Shown here piece after piece: positions 8,397 through 18,800 of a stretch of 64,000 nt of DNA (positions are counted from its first letter, which is position 1; each line of letters begins with the position of its first letter). The stretch is from assembly GCA_965203325.1 (NCBI GenBank), contig OZ241875.1:2816001-2880000 (forward strand), given 5' to 3'. The translations under genes and the position numbers were made by a program. The stretch comes from a bacterium. Lineage in GTDB: Bacteria > UBA8248. Under the pieces are notes generated by a model. The model made no database searches, was not told the origin of the DNA, and worked only from the letters and a program-made list of their open reading frames with translations.

Positions 8397-8656
8397 GGCG
8401 CAACCGATGTCCTGAAAACACCGAACGCCCGCTCGACGAAACGGAAACGGCGCAGCACTTGAAGAATTCTCGTTTGGTCAACTCGTTCGAAGGGATAGCC
8501 CGCACCATAATCCGTCATAGACAAATCCCTCGTATCGCGAGTGAATCCATGGCTGAAAGGAACTGTTGAACAACCCCTCAAACCGCCGTCTTCCATGCGA
8601 ATTTCATGGGCGGAGAGCGGTTCGGGTATTTCCCGGACTTTTTCCGAAATCGTCAT
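8393..8656 (-). pseudogene. Internally deleted remnant of a SupD-like alpha/beta hydrolase
   Basis: N-terminus REIPEPLSAHEIRMEDG matches WTIPKPVSTCEVRLDEH of 5270..6169; the rest loosely resembles its C-terminus (TVPFSH, DLS..DY, ILQV); catalytic core absent; ATGA overlaps at both ends. Confidence 0.6.
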
Positions 8657-9393
8657 CGAGCCCCCTCGTTCTCTCCTCGAATGAACGCCTGGTCCGATTC
8701 ATAAGCGATGGCGGCGGCGAAATTTTCGTTCCCCAGATTTTCGAGTCTCCACTCGACTTTCGGTATCCAGGGAAACTGGAACATGCCCTTTCTCGCGCCG
8801 CGCCGTATGGCCTGTGGCACCTCGAACCGGGACGGATCCAGGGAAAACCCCGTGCCCAGAGCCTTTATCAGCGCCTCCTTGAGCGTCCAGAGCGTGAAGA
8901 ACAAGTGAAACTTTTCTCGTCCATGCGTCACTGCGAAGTCGGCTTGTTCGTCCGGACCAAACACGAACTCGCTAATCCCGTCGAGATCGAGGCGGTCGAC
9001 GCGTTCTTCCACGTCCACGCCGAGCCGTCCTCGAGGCGCAAGCGCAACCAGTCCATGTTTGCCGCTGTGAGATACGTTGAAGCTGACGGGAGCCGCTATC
9101 CCGTCCACAAGTGCGAACGGCTTTCCGTGTTCGGAAGCGCCGAACGCGAGTCGTTCGTTCCCGCAACCGAGCCGGCAGCAGAGAATGGAGCGCAACGCCG
9201 CGCGGCACAAGGCGAATTCACGCTTGGGGCGTTCATATTTATATCGCCGCCATCGTGACCGCTCTTCCTCATCTAGCCACGTCAAAGCGTACGCCTCGCG
9301 CTCCTCATGGGGTGTCAGGTCGACATGTATGACGAGAATATCGTCTATTTCACGGAACGTGTGAAACCAGGAATCGACAACCTCAGCAGCCAT
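8653..9393 (-). CDS. Sfp-type 4'-phosphopantetheinyl transferase (SupC-like)
   Basis: HGKP, FNVSHS, LGVDVE, WTLKEALIKALGTG motifs. Confidence 0.95.
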   Translation of the reverse strand: MAAEVVDSWFHTFREIDDILVIHVDLTPHEEREAYALTWLDEEERSRWRRYKYERPKREFALCRAALRSILCCRLGCGNERLAFGASEHGKPFALVDGIAAPVSFNVSHSGKHGLVALAPRGRLGVDVEERVDRLDLDGISEFVFGPDEQADFAVTHGREKFHLFFTLWTLKEALIKALGTGFSLDPSRFEVPQAIRRGARKGMFQFPWIPKVEWRLENLGNENFAAAIAYESDQAFIRGENEGAR

Positions 9394-9449
9394 AGAAACC
9401 AGTCTTTCCGCGAGTGTGGGAGTCGCCGCCTGTGCGCCTTGAAACCAGA

Positions 9450-9471
9450 GGCCAGTCCTGCAGGACTGGCC
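9450..9471. repeat. Perfect 22-bp palindrome between ACP and PPTase (terminator or mRNA-stabilising hairpin)
   Basis: GGCCAGTCCTGCAGGACTGGCC is its own reverse complement. Confidence 0.55.
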
Positions 9472-9577
9472 CCGGCTCCAAAACGAAACTTGTTGTTTAA
9501 TTTCCTGAAAATCGGTGTTCCTGTCTGAAATTTATTACAACTTTCTGATTCCGGGACTGCGCTCAACTACGTTGGCT

Positions 9578-9799
9578 TCAACTACCCAGATAGTTGATCA
9601 AGTCCCTCAAAGTTCTGAAGTCTCTGGCAATTTCTTGTGTAATTTCGACCTCGAATTCCCGATCGACGACCTTGAGAAAGTTCACGGCATCCACCGAGTT
9701 CACGCCGATTTCGCCTAAGTCCGCGTCCAGCATCGCCCGATCCGAGATGCCCAAATGTTTTTCCACAAGGTCTCCCATACGTTCTTCGACACTTGCCAT
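9578..9799 (-). CDS. Discrete acyl carrier protein (SupB-like)
   Basis: MASVEER...LGEIGVNSVDAV...REFEVEI...FRTLRDLINYL; directly downstream of the PKS. Confidence 0.88.
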   Translation of the reverse strand: MASVEERMGDLVEKHLGISDRAMLDADLGEIGVNSVDAVNFLKVVDREFEVEITQEIARDFRTLRDLINYLGS

Positions 9800-9855
9800 C
9801 GTCACGCTGTCTCCCATTTGAAAAATGTCAGAGCGGTGATTAAAACTATAGTGAA

Positions 9856-9883
9856 ATCATAACTTTCCCGATATAGTTGTCAA
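9856..9883 (-). promoter_or_regulatory. Putative internal sigma70 promoter upstream of the discrete ACP
   Basis: Minus strand TTGACA-N16-TATGAT in an AT-rich gap, overlapped by inverted repeat AACTATA(9844-9850)/TATAGTT(9872-9878). Confidence 0.55.
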
Positions 9884-9887
9884 GCAT

Positions 9888-12800
9888 TCAAGGTGCCTCG
9901 AACCAGAAGCGACGGCGTTGGAACGGGTAGCCCGGCAGCGAAATCCGCCGCCTCTCCTCTCCGGCGAACAGCCCGGCGAAGTCGAGCGTGAGTCCCGCCT
10001 CATACGTCCGCGCAACCGCCTCGACAAACCCGACGCCTCTCTCAGACGTCCGGTTCAGGCTCGAAAGCACCACAGGCGGCGCGGCGCCGTTTTCGCTGGC
10101 TCCTGCGTCGCCTGAAAGATCGGGCCAGGCCGAGAGCACCTGCGGGACGAACGCTGCATCCGGCCCGATCTCCACGACGACCTCTACGCCCGATTCCGCG
10201 AGCGTCTTGGCGCATCCTTCGAACGCCGCCGGTTCGCTCGCCTGTCGTCGCCAATATGCCCCATCCATGGTTTCACCCGAGTTGAGGGCCCGGCCCGTCA
10301 CCTGATTCACCAGCGTGAGCGAGGGCAGCGCCGTCACGACGCCCTCGAGCGCCGTTTCCAGATCGTACAGGGCCGCCTCGGCTCCTTCTTCTCTCGAGAC
10401 CGCCTCCATCAGCGCGCCGCGCCGCGCCGCGAAACGCAAGCCCTCCTCCAGCGTGAACACGCCCGCCGCATGCGCCGCCGCTATTTCTCCGGCTCTTGCG
10501 CCGAACACCACGTTCGGTCGAATCCCGATGCTCGACCAAAGCGCCGTGAGTGCGCACTCGAGCGCAAAAGCCGCAGGCTGCGCCCACGCCGGGTCGTCCA
10601 GTTCTCCTTCGCGGTCGAACATCACATCCAGCAGCGAAGCGCCGCGCTCCACCCGGAGCACTTCGTCGCAGCGGTCCAGCACCGCCCGCGCCACCGGCTC
10701 GCTCTCGTAGAGTTCTTGCCCCATGCCGGTCCGTATATCGTCCTCTCCGGCGTAGGCGAAGGCCACCCTCGCCGCCGTCTGCGGCTTCGGCAACTCGTCT
10801 GACTCCGCAAGCGCTCCCAATCCTTCCCGCAGCGACGCGGCGTCCTCGAAGGCGACCCCCGCGCGATGCGCGAAATGACTCCGCCCCACGGCCGCCGTCC
10901 ACGCCATGTCGGAAAGGAGCGGCTCTGCGGCCGCGCCCTCTGCGGAAAGTTCTCCAGCGCACTCATCCAGCCAGGAGAGATACCGCTCCGCCGACTCTCG
11001 AAGCGCATCGCCCGATTTGCCCGATAGGGGCAGCAAACGCGTCCGGCGCGGGCGCAACCCCTCCGCCGCCTGAGACTTCGGGACCGAATCCGGCAGCGTT
11101 ACGGAGACGGGCTGCGCGGAACCTGCGGGGGAACCTCGCCCGGCCTCTGCGACTGAATCTTCCTCCGGCGCGCCGTAGCCCTCCACCAGGACGTGCGCGT
11201 TCGTGCCCGAAAGCGCAAAAGCGCTCACCCCCGCCCGGCGCGGACGATCGGATACGAGCGGCCAGGCCGTCGCCTCGGACGTCACCCGCACCGGAAGCGC
11301 ATCCCAATCCATGTGCGGGTTCGGATCATCGAAATGCAGGTGCTTGGGAATGACCCCATGCTTCATCGCCAGCAACACCTTGATCAGGCCGGCGATCCCC
11401 GCCGCCGACTCCAGGTGGCCGATGTTCGTCTTCACCGTGCCGAGCAGGAGAGGACGGTCCGGAGCGCGGTCGCGCCCGTACACCGCCGCCGACGCGCGCA
11501 CCTCGATGGGGTCGCCCAATTGCGACCCCGTCGCGTGTACTTCCAGATAATCCACCTCCGAGGGCGAAAAGCCGGACCGGGAAAGCGCATCCTCGAGCAC
11601 CTGTTCCTGAGCCGTGCCGTTCGGCACCGTCAGCGCGGCGCTCGCGCCGTTCTGGTTCACCGCCGAGCCCTGCACCAGACCCCAGATGCGGTCGCCGTCC
11701 GTCTCTGCGTCGCTCAGCCGCTTCATGACCACCATCCCGCAGCCTTCACCCCGCACGTAGCCGTCCGCGTCCGCATCGAAGGTCCGGCACCGACCGCTCG
11801 GCGACAACATCCCGAACTCCGCCATGAATTTCGAAACCGGAGGCGAGAGCACCGCGTGCACGCCTCCGGCGAGCGCCAGGTCTACCTCGCCCTCCCGAAG
11901 GGCTGCGGCCGCCTGGTGAACCGCCACCAGCGACGACGCGCAGGTCATGTCCAGCGGCACCGCCGGTCCCATCAGACCAAATGCAAAGGCGATCCGCCCG
12001 ATGGCCACGCTCGGCGCGTTGCCGATATGGCTGTCATCCAGGCCGCCGGCCACGACGAGGTCGCGGTACTCGCTGACGCCCAATCCGACATACGCACCGG
12101 TGCGAGTACCCTTGAGCGGCGCGGGGTCGATGCCTGCGTCCTCGAGCACCTGCCAGGTCGTCTCGAGCAACAGTCTTTGGCGCGGGTCCATCAAGCGCGC
12201 CTCGATCGGCCTGATGCCGAAAAACTTCGCGTCGAACTGGTCGATTCCTTCGATGAACCCGCCTTGCCGGTAGAAGTCTTTTTCGGCGGCGGGATCTCCG
12301 GCAACGCCGCCCCAGGGGCCGGTGCCCCGCCGACCGTCCGTCACCGCGTCGACGCCCGCTTCGAGCAGACGCCAGAAGGCGGCGATATCCGGCGCGCCCG
12401 GAAAGCGGCACGCCATGCCGACGACGGCAATCTGCTCCTCCTCGCGCCGCACCGCCGGCCGCCGCTCCGGTTCGGGTTGCGCCTGCGGGGCGGGCGCGGG
12501 TCCGACGTCACCGAGTTCTTCGGCCAGATGACGGGCGAGCACCGCGATGTCGGGATAGTCGAACACCACCGTGTTCGGGGCCGTGTAGGCGTCCGCGAAC
12601 GCGCGGTTCAGCCGGTTGCGGAGTTCCACGGCCATGAGCGAGTCCATGCCCAGATCGAAAAATCCCACCGTGGGCTCGGGCGCGCTCGGCAGCCGCAGCA
12701 CCGCCTGCAGTTCCTGCTGCAGGAACGAAACCAGCAGGCTCTCGCGCTCCGCAGCGGGCGTCTCCCCCAGACGGGCTATCAGGTCGTCCGCCAAGGCAGG

Positions 12801-15800
12801 GGAGTCGTCCTCTGCGTCTTGAGCGCGGGAAAGCAGGTCTTCGAAAAACGGGGGAATGTTATCCAGGGTCTTTTCGAAAACAGACCAATCCCTCGCCAGC
12901 ACCATGGAATTCGCGGCGTCCTCGCGGACCAGCCGGTCGAATGCCCTGAGTCCCTGCTGCGGTGTCATCCAGTCGATTCCGGTCGCCGTGATGCTTTGGG
13001 AGATCCGCTCCCGCTGTTCCGCCGCTTCGCCGATTTCCGACCACGCGCCCCAGGCGATGGCCTGTCCCGGGAGTCCCAACGCGCGCCGGTGCGCGGCAAG
13101 TTGATCCAGGAACGCGTTGGCCGCCGAGTGGTTCGACTGGCCCGGATTGCCGAGCACGCCGGCCGCGCTCGAGAAGAGGACGAACATGTCCAGATCGCGA
13201 TCCTCCGTCGCGCGGTGCAGATGCCACGCGCCCAGCACCTTCGGCCACAGCACCCCCTCGAACCGCTCCCAGCTCTGGTTCCCGAGCGCGCCGTCAGAAA
13301 GCACCCCCACGCTGTGGATCACGCCGCCCAAAGGCGGCAAATCCGCATCCATCCGCGCCAGCATTTCGTCCACCGCGTCCGGGTCCGTCACGTCCGCGAG
13401 TTCCACCCGGACCGTGAACCCGCGCTTTCGCAACGATTCAACCGCTTCTTCGACCTCGGGGTCCGGGGGCCGCCGCCCATTGAGCACGATAGCTCCGGCC
13501 CCCCGGTCCGCCAGCCAATCGGCCACGGCGCACCCGATGCCGCCCAGACCGCCGGTGACGAGGTAGGTCCTGTCCTCCCGCAACCGCCCCCTGGTGAGCG
13601 GTGAGTTCGTAAAGACGATCTTCCCGATGTGGCGTCCGTCGCGCATGAACTCGACGGCCCGCCGCGCCTCGGCCAGCGGCCACCTGGTGTGGATGAGCGG
13701 CGTCAGTTCTCCCGCCGCCAGCCGCGCCATGATGCCTTTGAGCAGCGCTCCCGGCCGCTCCGGCTCATCATCTTTCATGGCGTCGAGCTTCACGATGTGA
13801 TAGGTCACGTCCGGCCGTACGGCCGCCATCTCTTCTTCGCTCAGAATGTCGCGCGCTGCCAGTTCCACGAAACGGCCGCCTTGCGCCAGACACGACAGGC
13901 TCGCGTCGATGAAGCCCTCCGCCGTCAGGCTGTTCAGGATCAGGTCGACGCCTTCGCCGCCCGTGGCCTCGAGTATCTCCTCCCCGAATTTCGTCTGGCG
14001 GCTGTCGAACACGTGCGCCACGCCGAGCGAGCGGAGATACGCCTGTTTCGGCGCGCTCGCGGTTGCGAACACTTCCGCTCCCGCCGCCTGCGCCAACTGG
14101 ATGGCTGCCAGACCCACGCCGCCCGCGCCTGCGTGAATCAGCACCCGATCACCTGCTTTCAGCCCCGCGAGTTCGTAAGAGAGCGCTGCGGACAAGAACA
14201 CCGTCGGCATCGTGGCGAGCGCCGCGGCCGGCAAATCCGCCGGAGCGGGCGCCACCAACTCCTCATGCGTCACGGACTCCGGGCCGAACATGCCGCGCGC
14301 GCCGCGCTTCACGCCGACCACGCGGTCGCCCACCGAAACGCTCGACACCTCGGAGCCGACTTCGAGGATATGGCCGCACATCTCCGTGCCCAGGAATTTT
14401 TCGTCAATCAGACCGAGCGCCGCGAACACGTCCCAGAAGTTGAGCCCCGCGGCCTCGACCGCCACGCGGACTTCTCTCGGCTCAAGCGGCGGCGACTCCG
14501 CCTGCAGCCCACTGAGCGCGCCGTCTTCGTCGACCCCGAGCAGCCAGTCCGGCTCTTCGGGCAAGGTCAGCCGCTCCGCCCCCTCGCCGGCCCGGACAAG
14601 GCGGGCGACGCGGCGCCTGTTGCCGCGGTGGACGATCTGGTTTTCCGTATCGGGGTAGAGCAGTTCATTGGCGAGATCCACCGGCGGCGCCGTCGGCTCG
14701 GGGTCCAGATCGAGCATCTTCGGCTGCATTTGGGATGTTTCCCGGGCCAAAGCCTTACCGAACCCCCACAGCACCGCACCGGCAAGCTCTCCGCCGCGTT
14801 CGCGCTCCAGCACCTGCGCGCCCCGCGTGAGGAACCAGAATCCCTTCCCGGGCGCCGCATCGGCGTCGGACATGGCTTGCGCCAGCGCCAGTGCGCTCGC
14901 GCCCACCCGTTTCACGTCCTCCGCCATCTCCGCCGTCGTCGCACCCGGCCCGTGGCCGTCGAGTGCGGCGAGATGCACGACGCCGCTGAGCGGCGGATCT
15001 TCGGGCAGGCCCTCCAGCAGCGCGCCCCAGGATTCGCGGCTATCCATCTCAAGAGTCGTATGGATGACTCCGGATTTTTCATCCGCCGGACCCCCGTCCG
15101 CCGAACCCGCCTCGCTCGCCAGCACGACCGTCTGGTTGCGCGACGCCAACTCCTCCGCCAGTTCCTCGGCCGCACCGCCGCGGTCCGCCGCCAGAACCCA
15201 AGCACCTGGACGCTCGGCCACCTCCTCGGACAGCTGCGCCAGAATCACGCCCCTGTCCGGCATCTCGACGGAGTCACCCCAGCCCAGCCCGAGAATCTCC
15301 ACGCCCTCGAAACCCGCGGCATCGAGGGACTGCCGCCATACGTCCGGCCCCGCCAGGGCGTAGGTGGGGCGGCAATCGTCGGAGAACCGCCACCAGCCGT
15401 CCAGTTGCCCGAAAGTCATATCCAGCCAGTCCTGGCCGCAAAGGTTCTCGAGCGCCACGAGGTGCCCCGAGGGCGCGAGAAGACTCCTGCAGTGCGTCAG
15501 CGTCTCCTCCAGGTAGCGCGTGGCGTGCAGCACGTTGGACGCGATCACCAAGTCATAGCCGTGGGAGTCGAAGCCCTGCTCCACCGGGTCTTTTTCGATG
15601 TCCAGCACCCGGTACTCGATGCAGCCGCCGCCGTCGCCGAACAGCCCCTCCGCCTGCGCGAAGAAGCCCGCCGAGATGTCCGTGTAGGTGTAGTCGAACC
15701 GTCCTTCGGGAAGCTCGGGCAGGACGGATTCGGTCGCCGACCCTGTGCCCGCCCCGACCTCGATCACCCGCAGGCGCCGTCCATCGGGCAAGCCGGCCAC

Positions 15801-18800
15801 TAGGGTGCGTATCGCGTCTCTCAGCATCAGATTCGCCGCCCGCCACACCGGCGCTTTGAAGTAGAGGTCCGCGGCGCTGGGCTCTCCACTGCCGAACAGG
15901 AGCGAGAGCGGATCCTCCTCGCCGCGAAGCACTTCCGCCAGGGCGCCCGCGCTTCTGCGGAACAGCCCGATCTCGTTGGAAGCATAAGCGTATCGCTCGA
16001 TCACCCCGGCCGCGAACTCCTCGGGATCCCCCGGCATGCCTTCCGGCAAGGGCTCTCCGGCCCCTACAGCGACGAGGAAACCTTCGCCCTCCGACTTAAG
16101 AACGCCCACCCTCTCCAATAACTCGAGCATCCGGCGGAACAGTTGGCTGTGTTGATCTTGCACCCCCAGGCGCTCCCGCAAATCTTCCGAATCCACGGCC
16201 TCACCCGCCTTCCGCTCCCATCCGAGTTTCTCCAGGGCCGCGAGCGCAAAATGCCGCGCCATGCACGAGAGGTCCGCCAGCACGGCGGGCCTCATTTCGG
16301 CATCGACTCCTTCCGCCGCCAGATAGCTGGAGAACGGCTCCCATCGCTCCGCGACCTCCACCGGACTCGGGAGGAAATCCGCAGGCTGTATTCCCGGCGG
16401 CAGGGCGCTATCGCGCCACACGACCTCGTAGAGAAGGTCGTCCAGCCCTTCCACCGCAGAGAGCAGCGCCGCCCGCGTCGCGCGCTTCACCATGAACCCG
16501 CTCAACTCGCCGATCAGCGTCCCGTTCTCGTCGCAGAGAAGAAAATCCGCGACGAAGACCTCCTGCGATCCGCCCGTTTCGGCGTCCGGTTCCTGGCTCT
16601 TCGGAGCCTCCCGCATGCGCACGTGGCAGAGAAGCCTGTCCGGCAGCTTCTCCGCCAGCCACAGCCGCTCCCAGCCGAACGGCAGGTAGGTGATCCCGTC
16701 CTCGGCCCCGCCCGGATTGCGCGCCGCCCCCATCACCTGAGAGCAGCCGTCGAGCAGGAGCGGGTGCACGTCGAGGGCGTTTTCGCCTAAAGCCTCAGGC
16801 CAGCACACCTCGCCCAGCGCCTCGCCCGCCCGGGACCAGACCGACCCCAGTGTACGGAAAGACGGGCCGAGATCGATTCCCACGGCCGCCTTGGCGCGGT
16901 AATACGCCGGCACGTCCTCGGGCGAAAGAGCGGCTTTCAGGCTTTCCAAATCTATCTGCTCCGCGGATTGCCGTCCGCCCGCTTCTGAGGGCGCGCGGCA
17001 CTCCGCGTGCAGCGTCCAGCCCTCCTCGGCCTCTCCTTTGCTGAATATCCGGACGAGGCGCGAGGGCTCCTCCCCCGGCGCCTCGAGCAGAACCTGTACT
17101 TCCCGACCGTCGCCGCCGTTCTCTGAATCTTCTTCCCCGAAGATCAGCGCGTTGTGGAACTGCATCTCCTCGATGAGCATCGTCCCGCTTCCCTCGGCGG
17201 TGGACGCCGATATCGCCATCGCTCCGTAGAGCGCACCCGGCGCGATGACCCGGCCGAACACCCGGTGATCGTTCATCCACGCCGGATCAGACGGCAGCAC
17301 TTCGGTCTCGAAGGTGATCTCGCCGCCGGCGGACTCATGCCTCTCGCCCAAAAGCGGATGGCCTGCACTCTGCCGCCGCCGCTTCGGTCCCTCGACCCAG
17401 TAGCGTTCGCGCTGGAACGGATAGCCAGGGAGCGAGATGCGACGCCGGGTCTCCCCTGCGAACAATCCCTCGAAGGAAAGATCGACTCCGGCTTCATAGG
17501 CCCCAGCCACAGCGCTCATGAAGCCCGCTTCGAGCTCGTCCGCCGGTTTCTCCTCGTCTTGCGATGGTCTTTGCAGGCTCGACAATACGAGAGGAGCCTC
17601 GATGCCCACACCTGCGGCATCCGCACCTTCATCCGGACCCGGCCAGGTGAGAGACAGCATCGGGCCAAGCACCGCGTGCGGACCGACTTCCACCACCAGG
17701 TCGACGCCCAGATTCGCCAGCGCCCGGACGCCGAGGTCGAACGCCACCGCCTCGCGGGCATGCCGGCGCCAGTACGCTCCGCCGAGTATCTCGTCCGGTT
17801 CCACCACCCGGCCCGTCACGTTGCTCACCAGAGTCGTGAGCGAGGGCGGCGCAATCTCGATTCCTCCAAAAAGTTCTTCCAGCGCATCCAGAGCAGGCTC
17901 CACGAGGGGGCTGTGGAACGCCTGGCTCGTGTGGATCGGTCTCACCCGGACTTCTTCCGATTCGAAGCGCTCCGAGACCGCCTCGACCGCGGAGACCTGG
18001 CCGCTCAACACCTGGTGCGCCCCGTTTCTCGCCGCAATCGCAAGCCTCTCGCTCCCGGCCGCCTCGTTGTATTCACGCACCGCCGCTTCCACTCTTGTGT
18101 AGGGAGCGAAGACGGCCGCCATCGTCCCGGCTTCCGGGACTGATGAGAGTATCTCGCTCCGCCCCATGACGGCCCGCATCCCGTCTTCGAGCCCGAACAC
18201 GCCCGCCGTATGCGCCGCCCCGAACTCCCCGACGCTGTGGCCCACCACCACGTCCGGGCGAACCTCGAGGCTCGCCCAAAGCGCCGTAACCGCGCACTCG
18301 AGCGCGTAGATGGCCGGCTGCGCCCAGACCGTGTCGTAGAGGTCTCCCCCGCCGCGTCCGAACATCACGTCCAGAAGCGAGGCGCCTCTCTCCGCGCGAA
18401 CGACTTCTTCACAGCGAGCGAGAACCGCCCGCGCCACAGGTTCCGTCTCGTACAGGTCCCGCCCCATGCCGACCCACTGGCTTCCCTGCCCGGTGAAGAG
18501 GAAAGCGACCTTGGTCGTCGTTCGCGCCTCCGGCGCTTCAGCTCCTTCGGCCAGGGCGCTCAATCGCTCCCGTAGCCGCTTGGCGTCGCCGAAGAGGAGT
18601 CCCGCGCGGTGCGTGAAATGGCTCCGCCCCACGCCGGCCGTCCACGCCATGTCCGAGAGCAGCGGCTCCGAGGCGGCGCTTTGGGAAGCGAGTTCTTCGC
18701 CGCGCCCATCGAGCCAGGAGAGATACCGCCCGGCTAGGTCCCGAAGCGCGCCCTCGGACTTTCCCGAGAGCGGAAGGAGCCTTGTCTCGCGCTCGATGTG

